64,000 bases of DNA from Candidatus Calditenuis fumarioli (GTDB lineage: Archaea; Thermoproteota; Nitrososphaeria_A; Caldarchaeales; Calditenuaceae): contig JANVYR010000001.1 in NCBI GenBank assembly GCA_030059665.1, forward strand, positions 672,001 through 736,000, in the 5' to 3' direction. Both the position numbers and the translations under genes were made by a program. Position 1 is the first letter of the stretch; the number at the start of each line of letters is the position of its first letter. Below are positions 44,527 to 54,318 of this stretch, one piece after another. Below the pieces are notes generated by a model. It saw only the letters and a program-made list of their open reading frames with translations, made no database searches and was not told where the DNA came from.

Positions 44527-45624
44527 TCAGACGTCGATCTCGTAGTCGTGGAGGCTGAACGTCGTCAACCTCTCCGCGCCCCTCTCCGTCACCAGAACCG
44601 TGTCCTCGAGGCGTACCCCCCACTTCCCCTTGATGTAGACGCCCGGCTCGCAGGTCACCACCATATTGGCGGCCAGCACCTCGCTGCTCGTCGGCGACAT
44701 CCTGGGCTGCTCGTGTATCTCCAGGCCCACTCCGTGCCCGAGGCTGTGCATGAAGTGCTGGTCGAGCCTCGCCTCCTCCAGCTTCCTCCTGGCGACGCTG
44801 TCGGGGTAGCTGCAGTGGGTGTCGGGCTTGATGTACTGCTCCGCCGCCTCCTTCGCCGCCAGCACGTACCGGTAAGCCGTCTCGAACTCCTCGCCGACCT
44901 TGCCGAGGGCGAAGGTCCTCGTGATGTCGGAGTGGTACCCCTCGACTACCGCACCCAGATCGATCAGGACCACGTCCCCCCTTGCCAGGGCCCTGTCCCT
45001 CATACCGCCCCTCTGGAGCGGCCCATGCGGCAGCGCAGACCGCGGTCCTGAAGCCACTATGACGTCGAACGCGGGCCTCTCCCCACCGGACCTGTGGATC
45101 TCCGCGAGGACCTCCGCCTTCACCTCGTTCTCGGTTATCCCGGGGTAAAGCACCTCGTACGCGGCCCTCATCGCCCTGTCAGCCACTTCGCACGCTCTCC
45201 TGATAGCCTGAATTTCCTCCTCGTCCTTCACCTCCCTCAGCTCCCAGATCACCGAGGAGCCCTGACGTATCTCCCTCTCCCTGAGCAGTGTCGAGTAGAG
45301 CCTGTACGTGTCGATGTCGATGTCGTCGACCGCTAAGGTGCCGTCGAGGGACGAGAGGGTCTCCGCGACGACCACCTCGAACCTCGCGTTCGTTCCCGTG
45401 TTGTTGATCTCGAGACCGCTGTACGCGTACTCCTCCGCGGCGTGAAGGCTCAGCGGCGGGACGAAGAGCACCGGCCTCTCGAGCTTGAGGGAGACCACGA
45501 GCGCCGCCGGCCCGTCGATCCCGGCGAAGTAGAGGAGGTTCGGCCCCCTCGTTATCAGGAAGTTCTCGATGCCGTGCACCCTCATCAGCGTCGCCAGCTT
45601 CTCGAGCCGCTCGGCGTACCTCAC
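44527..45624 (-). CDS. Xaa-Pro aminopeptidase/dipeptidase (M24)
   Basis: DLGA..EGYHSDITRT, HSLGHGVGLEIHE, EPGVY, GVRLED. Confidence 0.93.
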   Translation of the reverse strand: MRYAERLEKLATLMRVHGIENFLITRGPNLLYFAGIDGPAALVVSLKLERPVLFVPPLSLHAAEEYAYSGLEINNTGTNARFEVVVAETLSSLDGTLAVDDIDIDTYRLYSTLLREREIRQGSSVIWELREVKDEEEIQAIRRACEVADRAMRAAYEVLYPGITENEVKAEVLAEIHRSGGERPAFDVIVASGPRSALPHGPLQRGGMRDRALARGDVVLIDLGAVVEGYHSDITRTFALGKVGEEFETAYRYVLAAKEAAEQYIKPDTHCSYPDSVARRKLEEARLDQHFMHSLGHGVGLEIHEQPRMSPTSSEVLAANMVVTCEPGVYIKGKWGVRLEDTVLVTERGAERLTTFSLHDYEIDV

Positions 45625-45746
45625 AGCCCTGCGTTCCCATCAGGACCGTATAAGGCGTTACGTCGCTGACCGGGCGAGCGGGCGAGCCGCTCCAACTCGA
45701 TCCAGCTTGGCACCCCTAAATCGATCCCTCGGTTTGTTCGGGAGGC

Positions 45747-46754
45747 TTGGGGCCCATCGAGGGCTGGTACGTGACCTTCAGGGGCAGCCACTTCGCGGTG
45801 AAGGGCCTGATCCATCCGGAGGGGAGGGTGGTTGCGGTGCTGGCCTGGAGGAAACACCGCGAGGGCTTCATGAGGGCACGCGGGCTCATCGAAACCTACG
45901 CCTTCCTCAAGGAGCACGGTGAGAGGTACCTCTTTTTCGACGACCAATCGGGTCAGGTGCTGCCCGCGGTTCCGCTCGCTGAGCTCGAGGCGATCCTGGA
46001 GCCTCAAAACGTGGCCTCCCTCAGGAAGAGGGGCGACCTGAGCGAAAGCGTTCGGGCTTTGATGGAGGAGCTAGCGGATCACGGCGTCGAAGCGAGGCTA
46101 ACCGGATCCATGCTCCTGGGTCTGCACGGCCCCGGTTCGGACGCGGACCTCGTCGTCTACTCAATAGAGCAGAGGAAGGCCGCGCTGGAGGTCCTGGGCG
46201 AGATGAGGTCGCGGGGACGAGTCGAGGTGAACGTCAAGCACCTGCTTCGCGACTTCGCCGAGCGGAGGGCCGACAGCCTGATGGGGCCGCGCGAGTGGTT
46301 GGCCCACGAGGTGAGGAAATCGCTCCTGGGGAGCTACAGGGGACTGCCCTTCTCGGTCAAGGCGGTTCACCTTCCGGAGGAGCACTGGGAGGTCAGGAGG
46401 TCCTCGAGGTGGAGGTCGATGGGCGAGGTAGCTCTGGTTTGCGAGGTCCTGGACGACGTTTTCGCTCCGGACACGCCCAACATGTACAGGGTCAGGCCCG
46501 TCGAGCTGCTTTGGGGAAGGGAGGAGGGGATGGAGGTGGGATGGGTGGAGTCGCTCAGGTCGAGGTTCTCCGAGCAGGCCCGCGCCGGAGAGGAGGTCCT
46601 AGTGGCGGGAAGGCTCGAGGTCGACCTCCGCTCGTGGAGGTACAGGGTCTTCGTCTCGGGTGAGCGGACCCACCTGATCGCTTCGAGGCAGGCGCTCGGA
46701 GACCTCTGGTCCGGGCTGGTCGAGCGGGTGAGGGGCGTTGGAGGTCAGGGTTAG
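45747..46754 (+). CDS. Pol-beta-superfamily nucleotidyltransferase (COG1665-like)
   Basis: TGSMLLGLH...SDADLVVY motif and an OB-like C-terminus (EQARAGEEVLVAGRLE). Confidence 0.75.
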   Translation: MGPIEGWYVTFRGSHFAVKGLIHPEGRVVAVLAWRKHREGFMRARGLIETYAFLKEHGERYLFFDDQSGQVLPAVPLAELEAILEPQNVASLRKRGDLSESVRALMEELADHGVEARLTGSMLLGLHGPGSDADLVVYSIEQRKAALEVLGEMRSRGRVEVNVKHLLRDFAERRADSLMGPREWLAHEVRKSLLGSYRGLPFSVKAVHLPEEHWEVRRSSRWRSMGEVALVCEVLDDVFAPDTPNMYRVRPVELLWGREEGMEVGWVESLRSRFSEQARAGEEVLVAGRLEVDLRSWRYRVFVSGERTHLIASRQALGDLWSGLVERVRGVGGQG

Positions 46755-47664
46755 GACCGGGACGAGGCTCCACATGGGCTTCACCTCCTCAGCCGAAGAC
46801 GTCAGGCCCTGGTCGGGAATAGGCCTCGCGATCGAGGAGCCACCGGTGGAGGTCAGGGCGTTCTCATCGGACAGGTTGGAGGTTGTCGGCGAGGCGGAGC
46901 ACCGGAGGGTAATCCTGAGAGCCCTCGGCATGATGGGGCTGGAGGGCCTGACGGCGAGGATAGAGGTCAAGGCGCCTGACCTGCACGTAGGCCTTGGGAC
47001 CACCACCCAGCTGACGCTCGCGGCCTGCACCGCTGTGCTCGCCCTCTCGGGCCGTCACGTGGACCCGATCGAGGTGGCGCGCGTCACCGGCAGGGGACAG
47101 AGGTCCTGGATCGGGATCGCGGCCTTCGCGAGAGGCGGCTTCGTCGTCGACCTCGGGAGGAGGAGGGACGGGTGGCACCACGACTTCCTGACGCTCCCCT
47201 TCCCGGAGGAGTGGGCTACAATCGTCTGCATTCCGAGGGGCGCGAGGGGACCCGACGAGGCGGAGGAGGCCTTCAGGCTGGAGTCCTTCAGGCTCGATCC
47301 GGAGCGCGTTAGGGAGCTCAGGTCGCTGGTTCTGGGACTCGTGGTTCCCGGGCTGATGGGGCGCGACTTCGAGGAGTTCTGTCGCGGCATCGAGATGGTC
47401 CAGCATACAGTCGGCGACGCCTTCAGTCACCTCCAGGGAGGGAGGTTCAACGTCCGGTCGTCGGAGGCGGTGGAAGCGCTGGTCTCAGCTGGCGCAGCGG
47501 GCGTGGGTCAGTCGAGCTGGGGTCCAACGGTCTACGGCTTCACTTCATCGAGCGCGGAGGCGTTGAGGATCTCGAGGTCGGTGATGGAACAGCTGGGCCA
47601 TCGCTGGTCTGTCCTCGTGACCAGGGGCAGGAACAGGGGCGCCGAGGTCCACCAACGGAATTGA
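46738..47664 (+). CDS. beta-RFA-P synthase-family GHMP protein (MptG-like)
   Basis: RLHMGF, HVGLGTTTQL, AFARGGFVVDLG, GQSSWGPTVYG. Confidence 0.88.
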   Translation: MEVRVRTGTRLHMGFTSSAEDVRPWSGIGLAIEEPPVEVRAFSSDRLEVVGEAEHRRVILRALGMMGLEGLTARIEVKAPDLHVGLGTTTQLTLAACTAVLALSGRHVDPIEVARVTGRGQRSWIGIAAFARGGFVVDLGRRRDGWHHDFLTLPFPEEWATIVCIPRGARGPDEAEEAFRLESFRLDPERVRELRSLVLGLVVPGLMGRDFEEFCRGIEMVQHTVGDAFSHLQGGRFNVRSSEAVEALVSAGAAGVGQSSWGPTVYGFTSSSAEALRISRSVMEQLGHRWSVLVTRGRNRGAEVHQRN

Positions 47665-47706
47665 TCGGTGACAGGTGAGGCTAAGAGTTGTAGCCTGTGT
47701 GCGGCT

Positions 47707-48348
47707 TCACTCTCCGAGGTACTTCCGCCTGACGGCATCGCAGATTTCCCTGATCCTCTCGGTCGGTCCGAGCCTCTCCGCCAGCGAGAGCAGCTCTCTC
47801 ACCCGCGTCCTCAGCTCCTCGGCCCTTGACTCGTCTACCCCCTTGAAGACCGGTATCCTCGAGGCGTGGACGGCGGCCTCGACCAGCGCGGCGAGGGACC
47901 GCGTGAAGGGCCTGCGCCGACCCTCACCGAGGTGTAATGAGACGGGCCTCAGCTCGAAGCGGTTCCAGGTTTCGTCCTGGGAGAGGAGTTCGGCCCTCGC
48001 GAGGACCGCGGCGAACGCGCCCCTGACCGCCGGCACCTCCCAGCCCCTGACCTCCTCGAAGCCCATCTCCACGACGCCGAGGTCGAGCGCTGCCTCCACG
48101 AGCAATTCCTCGTCAACCACGTTCAGCACCACCACGCCGTTCCTAAGGAGGTTGGAGGAGGTCACCGAGCTCCTGGCGAGCTTGGAGACCGCTTTCCACC
48201 CCAGCTCGTCCCTCTTGAAGACACATCCCATCGCGGCCGCATGGGGCCTGCCGTCAGCGCCGACGGTCACCGCGACCAGCTCGTAGACCACTCCCTCCTC
48301 GACGCCGAGAGCCGAGAGGTCCGGTCTCCCTCCCTCAGGACTCGCCAT
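47707..48348 (-). CDS. DUF447-family protein
   Basis: YELVAVTV...PHAAAMG, VTSSNL, RSLAALVEAAVHASR. Confidence 0.8.
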   Translation of the reverse strand: MASPEGGRPDLSALGVEEGVVYELVAVTVGADGRPHAAAMGCVFKRDELGWKAVSKLARSSVTSSNLLRNGVVVLNVVDEELLVEAALDLGVVEMGFEEVRGWEVPAVRGAFAAVLARAELLSQDETWNRFELRPVSLHLGEGRRRPFTRSLAALVEAAVHASRIPVFKGVDESRAEELRTRVRELLSLAERLGPTERIREICDAVRRKYLGE

Positions 48349-48409
48349 CGGTCCCTCAGCTTGAGGTCTGCGGTGGCACTCAAAAGTAACGGCGCGTCAG
48401 GCAGAGGGG

Positions 48410-49366
48410 ATGGTCGCGGCGATCGAGGTCGAGGGTCTGCGGAAGACGTACGTGGAGCGGAGGCTCTGGAGGGTGAAACGGGTGGTGACCGCGCTGGATT
48501 CCGTCACCTTCGCGATCGAGCGGGGCACTATGGTGGCACTCCTCGGACCCAACGGCGCAGGCAAGTCCACAACCGTCAGGATCCTCAGCACCCTCCTTCT
48601 GCCCGACGGAGGGACTGCGCGCGTCATGGGCCACGACGTCGTCAAGGAGGCGAGTTCCGTCAGGAGGGTCATCGGCGTGATGCTCGACCCGGAGAAGGGC
48701 CACTTCGGCCGGCTGACGGGGCTGGAGAACCTGGTCTTCTACGGGGTGCTCCACGGCCTCACCAGGTCCGATGCGAGGTCGAGGGCGGTCGAGCTCCTGG
48801 AGCAGTTCGGGCTCGGTGACGCTAGGGACAGGCCCGTCGAGGGCTACTCGAAGGGGATGAAGGCCCGGCTCGCGATCTGCAGGGTCCTGATTCATGACCC
48901 GGAGGTCCTCATTCTGGACGAGCCCACCGCGGGCCTCGACCCGATCTCGGCGCGGGAGGTGAGGGAGAGGCTAAAGGGGCTGAAGAGGGAGGGGAGGACA
49001 GTGCTCGTGACGACCCACAACCTCTGGGAGGCTGAGGAGCTGAGCGACCGGCTGATCGTCCTCAACCGGGGCCGCGTCATCGCAGAGGGGACGCCGGAGG
49101 AGGTGAAGAGGGCGTTCGGGCTGATGTGGAACGTGGAGCTCGAGGTCTCCGGAAACCTCGAGGGCCTGAAGCTCGGCTGGGAGACGGAGCTGGGCATAAG
49201 CGAACGCGGCAGGCCCCTCCTTAAGGTGATGATCAGGGAGGACCCGTCGGAGCTCGTGCCCCTCATCCTCTCCGAGCTGAGGTCAAGGGGGGTCCAGGTC
49301 CTCTCGGTCAGCGTGAGGGAGCCGACGCTCGAGGAAGCCTTCGTGAGGGCCGTCGGGGGTGCCTGA
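48410..49366 (+). CDS. ABC-2 exporter ATPase
   Basis: GPNGAGKST, YSKGMK, LDEPTAGLDP, TTH, PTLEEAF. Confidence 0.95.
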   Translation: MVAAIEVEGLRKTYVERRLWRVKRVVTALDSVTFAIERGTMVALLGPNGAGKSTTVRILSTLLLPDGGTARVMGHDVVKEASSVRRVIGVMLDPEKGHFGRLTGLENLVFYGVLHGLTRSDARSRAVELLEQFGLGDARDRPVEGYSKGMKARLAICRVLIHDPEVLILDEPTAGLDPISAREVRERLKGLKREGRTVLVTTHNLWEAEELSDRLIVLNRGRVIAEGTPEEVKRAFGLMWNVELEVSGNLEGLKLGWETELGISERGRPLLKVMIREDPSELVPLILSELRSRGVQVLSVSVREPTLEEAFVRAVGGA

Positions 49367-49369
49367 GCT

Positions 49370-50176
49370 CTGAAGGCTATCGGCCGCTTCCTCGTCGTTG
49401 TTGAGTCGGACCTGAAGGAGCTCTGGCGCTCGGGCGAGCTTGTGCTGATGGCCGTTCTCCTCGCCTTCTTCCAGGGCCTCTTCTTCCTCATCGGGACCCT
49501 CGTCAGGCGCGAGCAGGAGCTCTTCGCCAGGATCTCGGGTTACAACGACTCGGTCCTCTACCAGATGGCAGGGGTTCCGGTCCTACTGCTGAGCCTCGTG
49601 ATGGTCTCGGCCGTCGGCGAGTACGTCATCGAGCTGGGGAGGAGAGGAGCGCTCGAGCACATCCAGACGCTTCCGGTTGACATGAAGCTGGTGATGGGCG
49701 CCCACGCCACAACGATCGTCTCCGTCTCGCTGCTTTACTACTTCGCGGTCACCGTCCCGTTCGTCTACCTCCGAGGAGGTCCAGGTGCGGTCGCTCACCT
49801 GCTCCCCGCGATGCTCGTGCTGGCGTTGGGGCTTCTGCCGCTCTTCCTCTTCGCGGCGCTCGTCGCTCTCCTCACCCTCCTCGTTCGCACAGAGGCCTTC
49901 CTCGAGCTGGTCTCCGCATCGGTCTACACCTTCACCGGGATAGCTTACCCCCTCACCGTCTTCCCCCAGTTCGTCGCGCTGGTGGCCCAGCTCCTGCCTC
50001 ACCCCCACGTGGCAGAGTCCGTCCGGCTCGCGGTCTTCTATGGCGTCCTCGAGCCGGCCCGTCTGGTCCCGATGCTGGCGGTGCTTGCGGGATACGCGGT
50101 CTTCTCCACCGCGATCTACTCCCGCATCGAGCGCGTCCTCAGGAGGGGAGGGAGGTATGAGGTCGTCACGGAGTGA
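49370..50176 (+). CDS. ABC-2 permease 1 (5' end ambiguous)
   Basis: Multi-TM, FTGIAYPLTVFP. The frame stays open upstream of the track start 49442 to 49367, with no ATG/GTG/TTG near its 5' end. Confidence 0.75.
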   Translation: MKAIGRFLVVVESDLKELWRSGELVLMAVLLAFFQGLFFLIGTLVRREQELFARISGYNDSVLYQMAGVPVLLLSLVMVSAVGEYVIELGRRGALEHIQTLPVDMKLVMGAHATTIVSVSLLYYFAVTVPFVYLRGGPGAVAHLLPAMLVLALGLLPLFLFAALVALLTLLVRTEAFLELVSASVYTFTGIAYPLTVFPQFVALVAQLLPHPHVAESVRLAVFYGVLEPARLVPMLAVLAGYAVFSTAIYSRIERVLRRGGRYEVVTE

Positions 50177-50942
50177 CCTCTGGGCTGGCCTCTGGGCCTT
50201 CTCGAGGCTGCTGCTCAGGAGCCCGTGGTTCGCCGTCGGCCTGGTCACCGCACCGGTCTGGTCGATCGGGATAGGGCTGACCTTCGCGATACACTCTCCA
50301 TCGCTCCTCTCGGACCAGGGTTCCCTCAGGGCCCTCTCGCTCGGAGCCGGTTACTTCGTCGTGACCTCGATCGTCCTCTGGAACGTCGGCCACTTCCTCA
50401 GGCAGGTCAGGGAGGAGGGCGTCCTCCACTCGGTGATCGTCGCCGGCGGCAGGGTCGAGCTGCTGATGCTCAGCAGGGGCATCACGGCCCTCCCCTACAC
50501 GGCCCTCGCGATGGCGCTCTCGTATTCGGCGATGGTCTCGCTCCTCGGCTCGTCTCCGGTCCTGGTGGACCCAGCTGGCGCCGTGATCGCCTTCCTGCTA
50601 CTCCACGCTCTCCTGGTCTCCGTCTCTTTGCTCGCAGGGTCGGCGTTCCTTTGGATCAGGAGGCCTTGGCTGGTCACCAACCTCCTCCAGTTCCTGCTAC
50701 CGCTGAGCTCCGGCATGGTCCCCATCGAGCTGTTCCCCGAGCCCATCAGGTCCGTGGTCTCCGCCTCGCCCGTTGCCCACCTGTTCGAGCTCCTGAGGAG
50801 GACCGTCACCGGAACCGAATCCATCCCGCTCGCCGATGCGCAGCTGTTCCTCTCCGCGTCCCTATCGGTAGTCTCGCTGCTGGCGCTCTCGATGGTGGCG
50901 ATGAGGCTGTCCACCGAGAGGATGAGGAGGACGGGTGCTTAG
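50157..50942 (+). CDS. ABC-2 permease 2
   Basis: GGAGGT-ATG at 50157; EEGVLHS and SSGMVPIELFP motifs. Confidence 0.85.
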   Translation: MRSSRSDLWAGLWAFSRLLLRSPWFAVGLVTAPVWSIGIGLTFAIHSPSLLSDQGSLRALSLGAGYFVVTSIVLWNVGHFLRQVREEGVLHSVIVAGGRVELLMLSRGITALPYTALAMALSYSAMVSLLGSSPVLVDPAGAVIAFLLLHALLVSVSLLAGSAFLWIRRPWLVTNLLQFLLPLSSGMVPIELFPEPIRSVVSASPVAHLFELLRRTVTGTESIPLADAQLFLSASLSVVSLLALSMVAMRLSTERMRRTGA

Positions 50943-50967
50943 ACCGGATGCTGGTCGAGAGCCGAGC

Positions 50968-51528
50968 TCAGCCGTTGCTTATGCGCTCCAGGACCTCCTC
51001 GAAGTGGGACGGCAAGTCCTTCAGGAGCTCGATGTCCGAGGCCGAGAACCTCTCCCGTGCGCCGTCGCCGAGCGACCTGACGTACTCCGCGATCACCTCG
51101 CCCCTTATCCTCGCCTCGTCGGGGAAGATCTCCTCTGATGCCGGCACCCGGAGACCGGCGTCTATGGCCCCCTTGATCGCAGCGAAGACCCTCGCGCCCT
51201 TTGAGGGCGTCCTCATGCCGATGTCCGCGATCGCCTCAGTGTAACCCTTGGCGACCGCGAGCTTCCCCGCGAGGTAACCCGTGAGGTAGGCGGCAGGGGT
51301 GTTCTTGGTCCCGGCCCTCCACCCATATTTCGAGAGGGCCTTCGAGGTCACCGTGAGGACCGTCCTGTCGCCGCCGGCCTTCGACTCCACCAGCTGGACT
51401 ATCACGTAGCGGTTGGTGCGCCTGACGACGAGCCTCGGCTTCCCCGACTTGACCAGCTTCAGCCTCGCCCTGTAATCGGTCACGCCCTCCCTTCTCCTCC
51501 TCGGAGGCATACGCTTCAGGACGGCCAT
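50968..51528 (-). CDS. rpl18: 50S ribosomal protein L18 (uL18)
   Basis: RRRREGVTDYRARLKL...PRLVVRRTN, NTPAAYLTG, GARVFAAIKGAIDAGL. Confidence 0.96.
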   Translation of the reverse strand: MAVLKRMPPRRRREGVTDYRARLKLVKSGKPRLVVRRTNRYVIVQLVESKAGGDRTVLTVTSKALSKYGWRAGTKNTPAAYLTGYLAGKLAVAKGYTEAIADIGMRTPSKGARVFAAIKGAIDAGLRVPASEEIFPDEARIRGEVIAEYVRSLGDGARERFSASDIELLKDLPSHFEEVLERISNG

Positions 51529-51532
51529 CCCC

Positions 51533-51952
51533 TCACCCCTCCTTCTTCAGCACGCCCATGTCGATGAGGAGGTTCCTGATGTCGGCGATCGACTTGAACC
51601 TCCCCGCCTTGACCTGCAGGTACAGCTTCCTGTAGAGCGACCTGTCGATGACCCCCCTGTCCCTGAGCCTCCTCAGGTACCTCCTCTGCGGCCGGACCCG
51701 CATTATCCAGCGCTCCTTCTTCGTCAGCGTCGCGTACTTCCCTCCCTTCCTCACCCTGGTCTCCTTGACCCTGTTCCGCGTCTGGCCCCTGACCGGTGCC
51801 GCGTAGATCGCCCCCTCCTCGATGAGGGCCCTGACGTCCTCCCGCGTTATGGCGTCCGCTATGTCCTCGAGCCTCTCCGGGTCGAACCTCACCCGGTTCT
51901 CGCCGACGCCCATGATGTCGGCCGCGAGCCTCCGCTGGAGCTTCAGCTGCAT
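51533..51952 (-). CDS. rpl19e: 50S ribosomal protein L19e
   Basis: LQRRLAADIMGVGENRV, AITREDVRALI, WIMRVRPQRRYL, LYLQVKAG. Start is the ATG at 51952 or 51982. Confidence 0.95.
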   Translation of the reverse strand: MQLKLQRRLAADIMGVGENRVRFDPERLEDIADAITREDVRALIEEGAIYAAPVRGQTRNRVKETRVRKGGKYATLTKKERWIMRVRPQRRYLRRLRDRGVIDRSLYRKLYLQVKAGRFKSIADIRNLLIDMGVLKKEG

Positions 51953-52043
51953 CTCCCAATCGCTCCCCTCCGATCGACTCATAAACCATTCAGCGAGGTC
52001 GCAGGAGAAACGCAATATGCACCCGTCCTCTGGTCCAGTCGGC

Positions 52044-52919
52044 TTGACGGTGCGGAAGGCAGTCCTGACCGCCGCCGGCTTGGGGACGAGGCTTCTGCCT
52101 GCCACCAAGGAGCTGCCTAAGGAGATGCTCCCGATCTTCGTCCCGGGAAGGAACGGGCCGGTGCTGAAGCCGCTCCTCCAGGCCATCTTCGAGCAGCTCT
52201 ACGATCTGGGCGTTAGGGAGTTCTGCGTCGTCGTCGGCAGGGGTAAGAGGGCGATCGAGGACCACTTCACCCCCAACTGGGACTTCGTCGAGCGCCTGAG
52301 GTCCTCGGGCAAGGACTCGCTGGTGGAGGAGCTCGAGAGGTTCTACCGGATGATCGAGGACTCCTCGGTGGTCTGGGTGAACCAGCCCTCTCCGCTGGGG
52401 TTCGGGGACGCCGTGAGGAGGGCGAGGAGCTTCGTCGACGGGGACTTCTTCGTCTGCGCCGGTGACACCTACATCGCGTCCCGCAACGGCCGTCACCTGA
52501 GACGGCTCGCTGAGCTCCATCGGAGGACCGGGGCCGACGCGACGCTCCTGCTTAAGCAGGTCGAGGACCCGAGGAGGTTCGGCGTAGCGGTGGTGGAGGA
52601 CTCGGGGGAGGGCGGGATCCTCGCGGTGAAATCGGTCGTCGAGAAGCCGGCCCAGCCGCCGTCTCGGACGGTCATCCTCCCGTTCTACGTCTTCACGCCT
52701 GAGGTCTTCAGGGCCCTCGAGCGGATTGGACCAGGTTACGGCGGCGAGGTCCAGCTGACGGACGCCATCCAGCTCATGCTCACCGAGGGCAGGAAGGTCA
52801 GGGCGACGGCCCTCGACGGCGACGAGGTCTGGCTCGACGTGGGGACTCCGGAGGGTTACAGGGACGCGGTCCTCCTCTCGTACAGGTACGCGATGGAGGT
52901 GTCCGCAGGTGACCGGTGA
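52044..52919 (+). CDS. galU: UTP-glucose-1-phosphate uridylyltransferase
   Basis: AAGLGTRLLPATKELPKEMLP, PLGFGDAV, VEKP, EVQLTDA. Start approximate. Confidence 0.9.
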   Translation: MTVRKAVLTAAGLGTRLLPATKELPKEMLPIFVPGRNGPVLKPLLQAIFEQLYDLGVREFCVVVGRGKRAIEDHFTPNWDFVERLRSSGKDSLVEELERFYRMIEDSSVVWVNQPSPLGFGDAVRRARSFVDGDFFVCAGDTYIASRNGRHLRRLAELHRRTGADATLLLKQVEDPRRFGVAVVEDSGEGGILAVKSVVEKPAQPPSRTVILPFYVFTPEVFRALERIGPGYGGEVQLTDAIQLMLTEGRKVRATALDGDEVWLDVGTPEGYRDAVLLSYRYAMEVSAGDR

Positions 52920-54318
52920 GGGCCGCAACGCCTTCGTCTCGAGGGTCGTCGACGGGATCGACATCGGGTCCGTCTCGGTCGTCGGCCTCGGTTACGTCGG
53001 CCTGACGGTCGCCGTGTGCCTCGCATCGAGGGGCTTCAGGGTCACAGGGATCGACGTGGACGCCGAGAAGGTGGAGGCGGTCAACCGCGGCAGATCGCCC
53101 ATCTACGAGCCCGGCCTCGAGAGGCTCCTGAGGTCCTCGCTGAGAAGGGGGACGCTGAGGGCCACGACGGATTACGGCGAGCTTGTGGTGACCGATGTCA
53201 CGTTCATCACCGTCGGCACGCCCAGCCTCCCGGACGGCGGCATAGACCTGCGCTACGTCGTCGAGGCCTCCACGTCCATCGGAAGGGCCCTGAGGTCGAA
53301 GGAGGGGAAGCACCTGGTGGTGGTGAAGAGCACCGTGCTCCCCGGAACCACCGAGCGGGTCGTCGCGCCGACGGTGGCCGATTCGTCCGGGAAGCAGCTA
53401 GGCAGCTCCCTGCTCGTCTCCGTCAACCCCGAGTTCCTCAGGGAGGGCTCCGCGGTCAGGGACATGCTGAGGCCCGACAGGGTTGTGGTGGGCGACGTCG
53501 GCGACGGCTCCTCCCGGATCGTCGTCGAGCTTTACAGGGAGTTCTACCGGAGGAGGATGCCCAGGGTTCTCGTGACGAGCGCGGTGAACGCCGAGATGAT
53601 CAAGTACGCAAGCAACGTCTTCCTCGCCGCGAAGGTGAGCCTGATCAACGAGGTGGCCCGGATCTGCGAGAAGCTGCCGGGAGCCGACGTCACCGTGGTC
53701 GCTGAGGGAGTCGGGCTCGACGTGCGGATAGGCCCTCATTTCCTCAGGGCAGGGATAGGGTTCGGAGGGAGCTGCTTCCCGAAGGACGTTAGGGCCCTCA
53801 TGTCGCAGGCGAGGGAGCTGGGGATCGAGCCGGTGATGCTCAGGTCGGTCCTCGAGGTCAACGAGCGCCAGCCTCTGAGGGCGGTCGAGCTGGCCGAGGA
53901 GGTCGTCGGAGATCTGAGGGGTAAGAGGGCAGCGGTGCTCGGTCTTGCGTTCAAGCCCAACACCGACGACGTCCGGGAGTCGCCGGCCATCAGGCTGGTC
54001 GAGGAGCTCCTCAGGAGGGGCGCGGAGGTCAGGGCCTACGATCCGGCAGCGGGCCCCAACGCGGCCAGGGTGCTGCAGGGGAGGGCTGAGATAGTGGGGA
54101 GCGTGGAGGAGTGTCTGAGGGACGCGGACGTCTGCTTCGTCGCCACCGAGTGGGAGGAGTTCAGGACGCTGACCCCGGATACCTTCAAGGGCCTGATGAG
54201 GAGGGCCGTCGTGATAGACGGCAGGAGGGTCTTCGAGCCCTCGGTCTTCTCCAGGGAGCTGGTCTACAGGGCGATAGGGTTAGGGCCTACTGTGGATGCG
54301 CCCTCAGCGGCGCGCTAA
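52909..54318 (+). CDS. ugd: UDP-glucose/GDP-mannose dehydrogenase family
   Basis: GLGYVG, VGTP, NPEFLREG, GFGGSCFPKD, GLAFKPNTDDVRES. Confidence 0.93.
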   Translation: MTGEGRNAFVSRVVDGIDIGSVSVVGLGYVGLTVAVCLASRGFRVTGIDVDAEKVEAVNRGRSPIYEPGLERLLRSSLRRGTLRATTDYGELVVTDVTFITVGTPSLPDGGIDLRYVVEASTSIGRALRSKEGKHLVVVKSTVLPGTTERVVAPTVADSSGKQLGSSLLVSVNPEFLREGSAVRDMLRPDRVVVGDVGDGSSRIVVELYREFYRRRMPRVLVTSAVNAEMIKYASNVFLAAKVSLINEVARICEKLPGADVTVVAEGVGLDVRIGPHFLRAGIGFGGSCFPKDVRALMSQARELGIEPVMLRSVLEVNERQPLRAVELAEEVVGDLRGKRAAVLGLAFKPNTDDVRESPAIRLVEELLRRGAEVRAYDPAAGPNAARVLQGRAEIVGSVEECLRDADVCFVATEWEEFRTLTPDTFKGLMRRAVVIDGRRVFEPSVFSRELVYRAIGLGPTVDAPSAAR

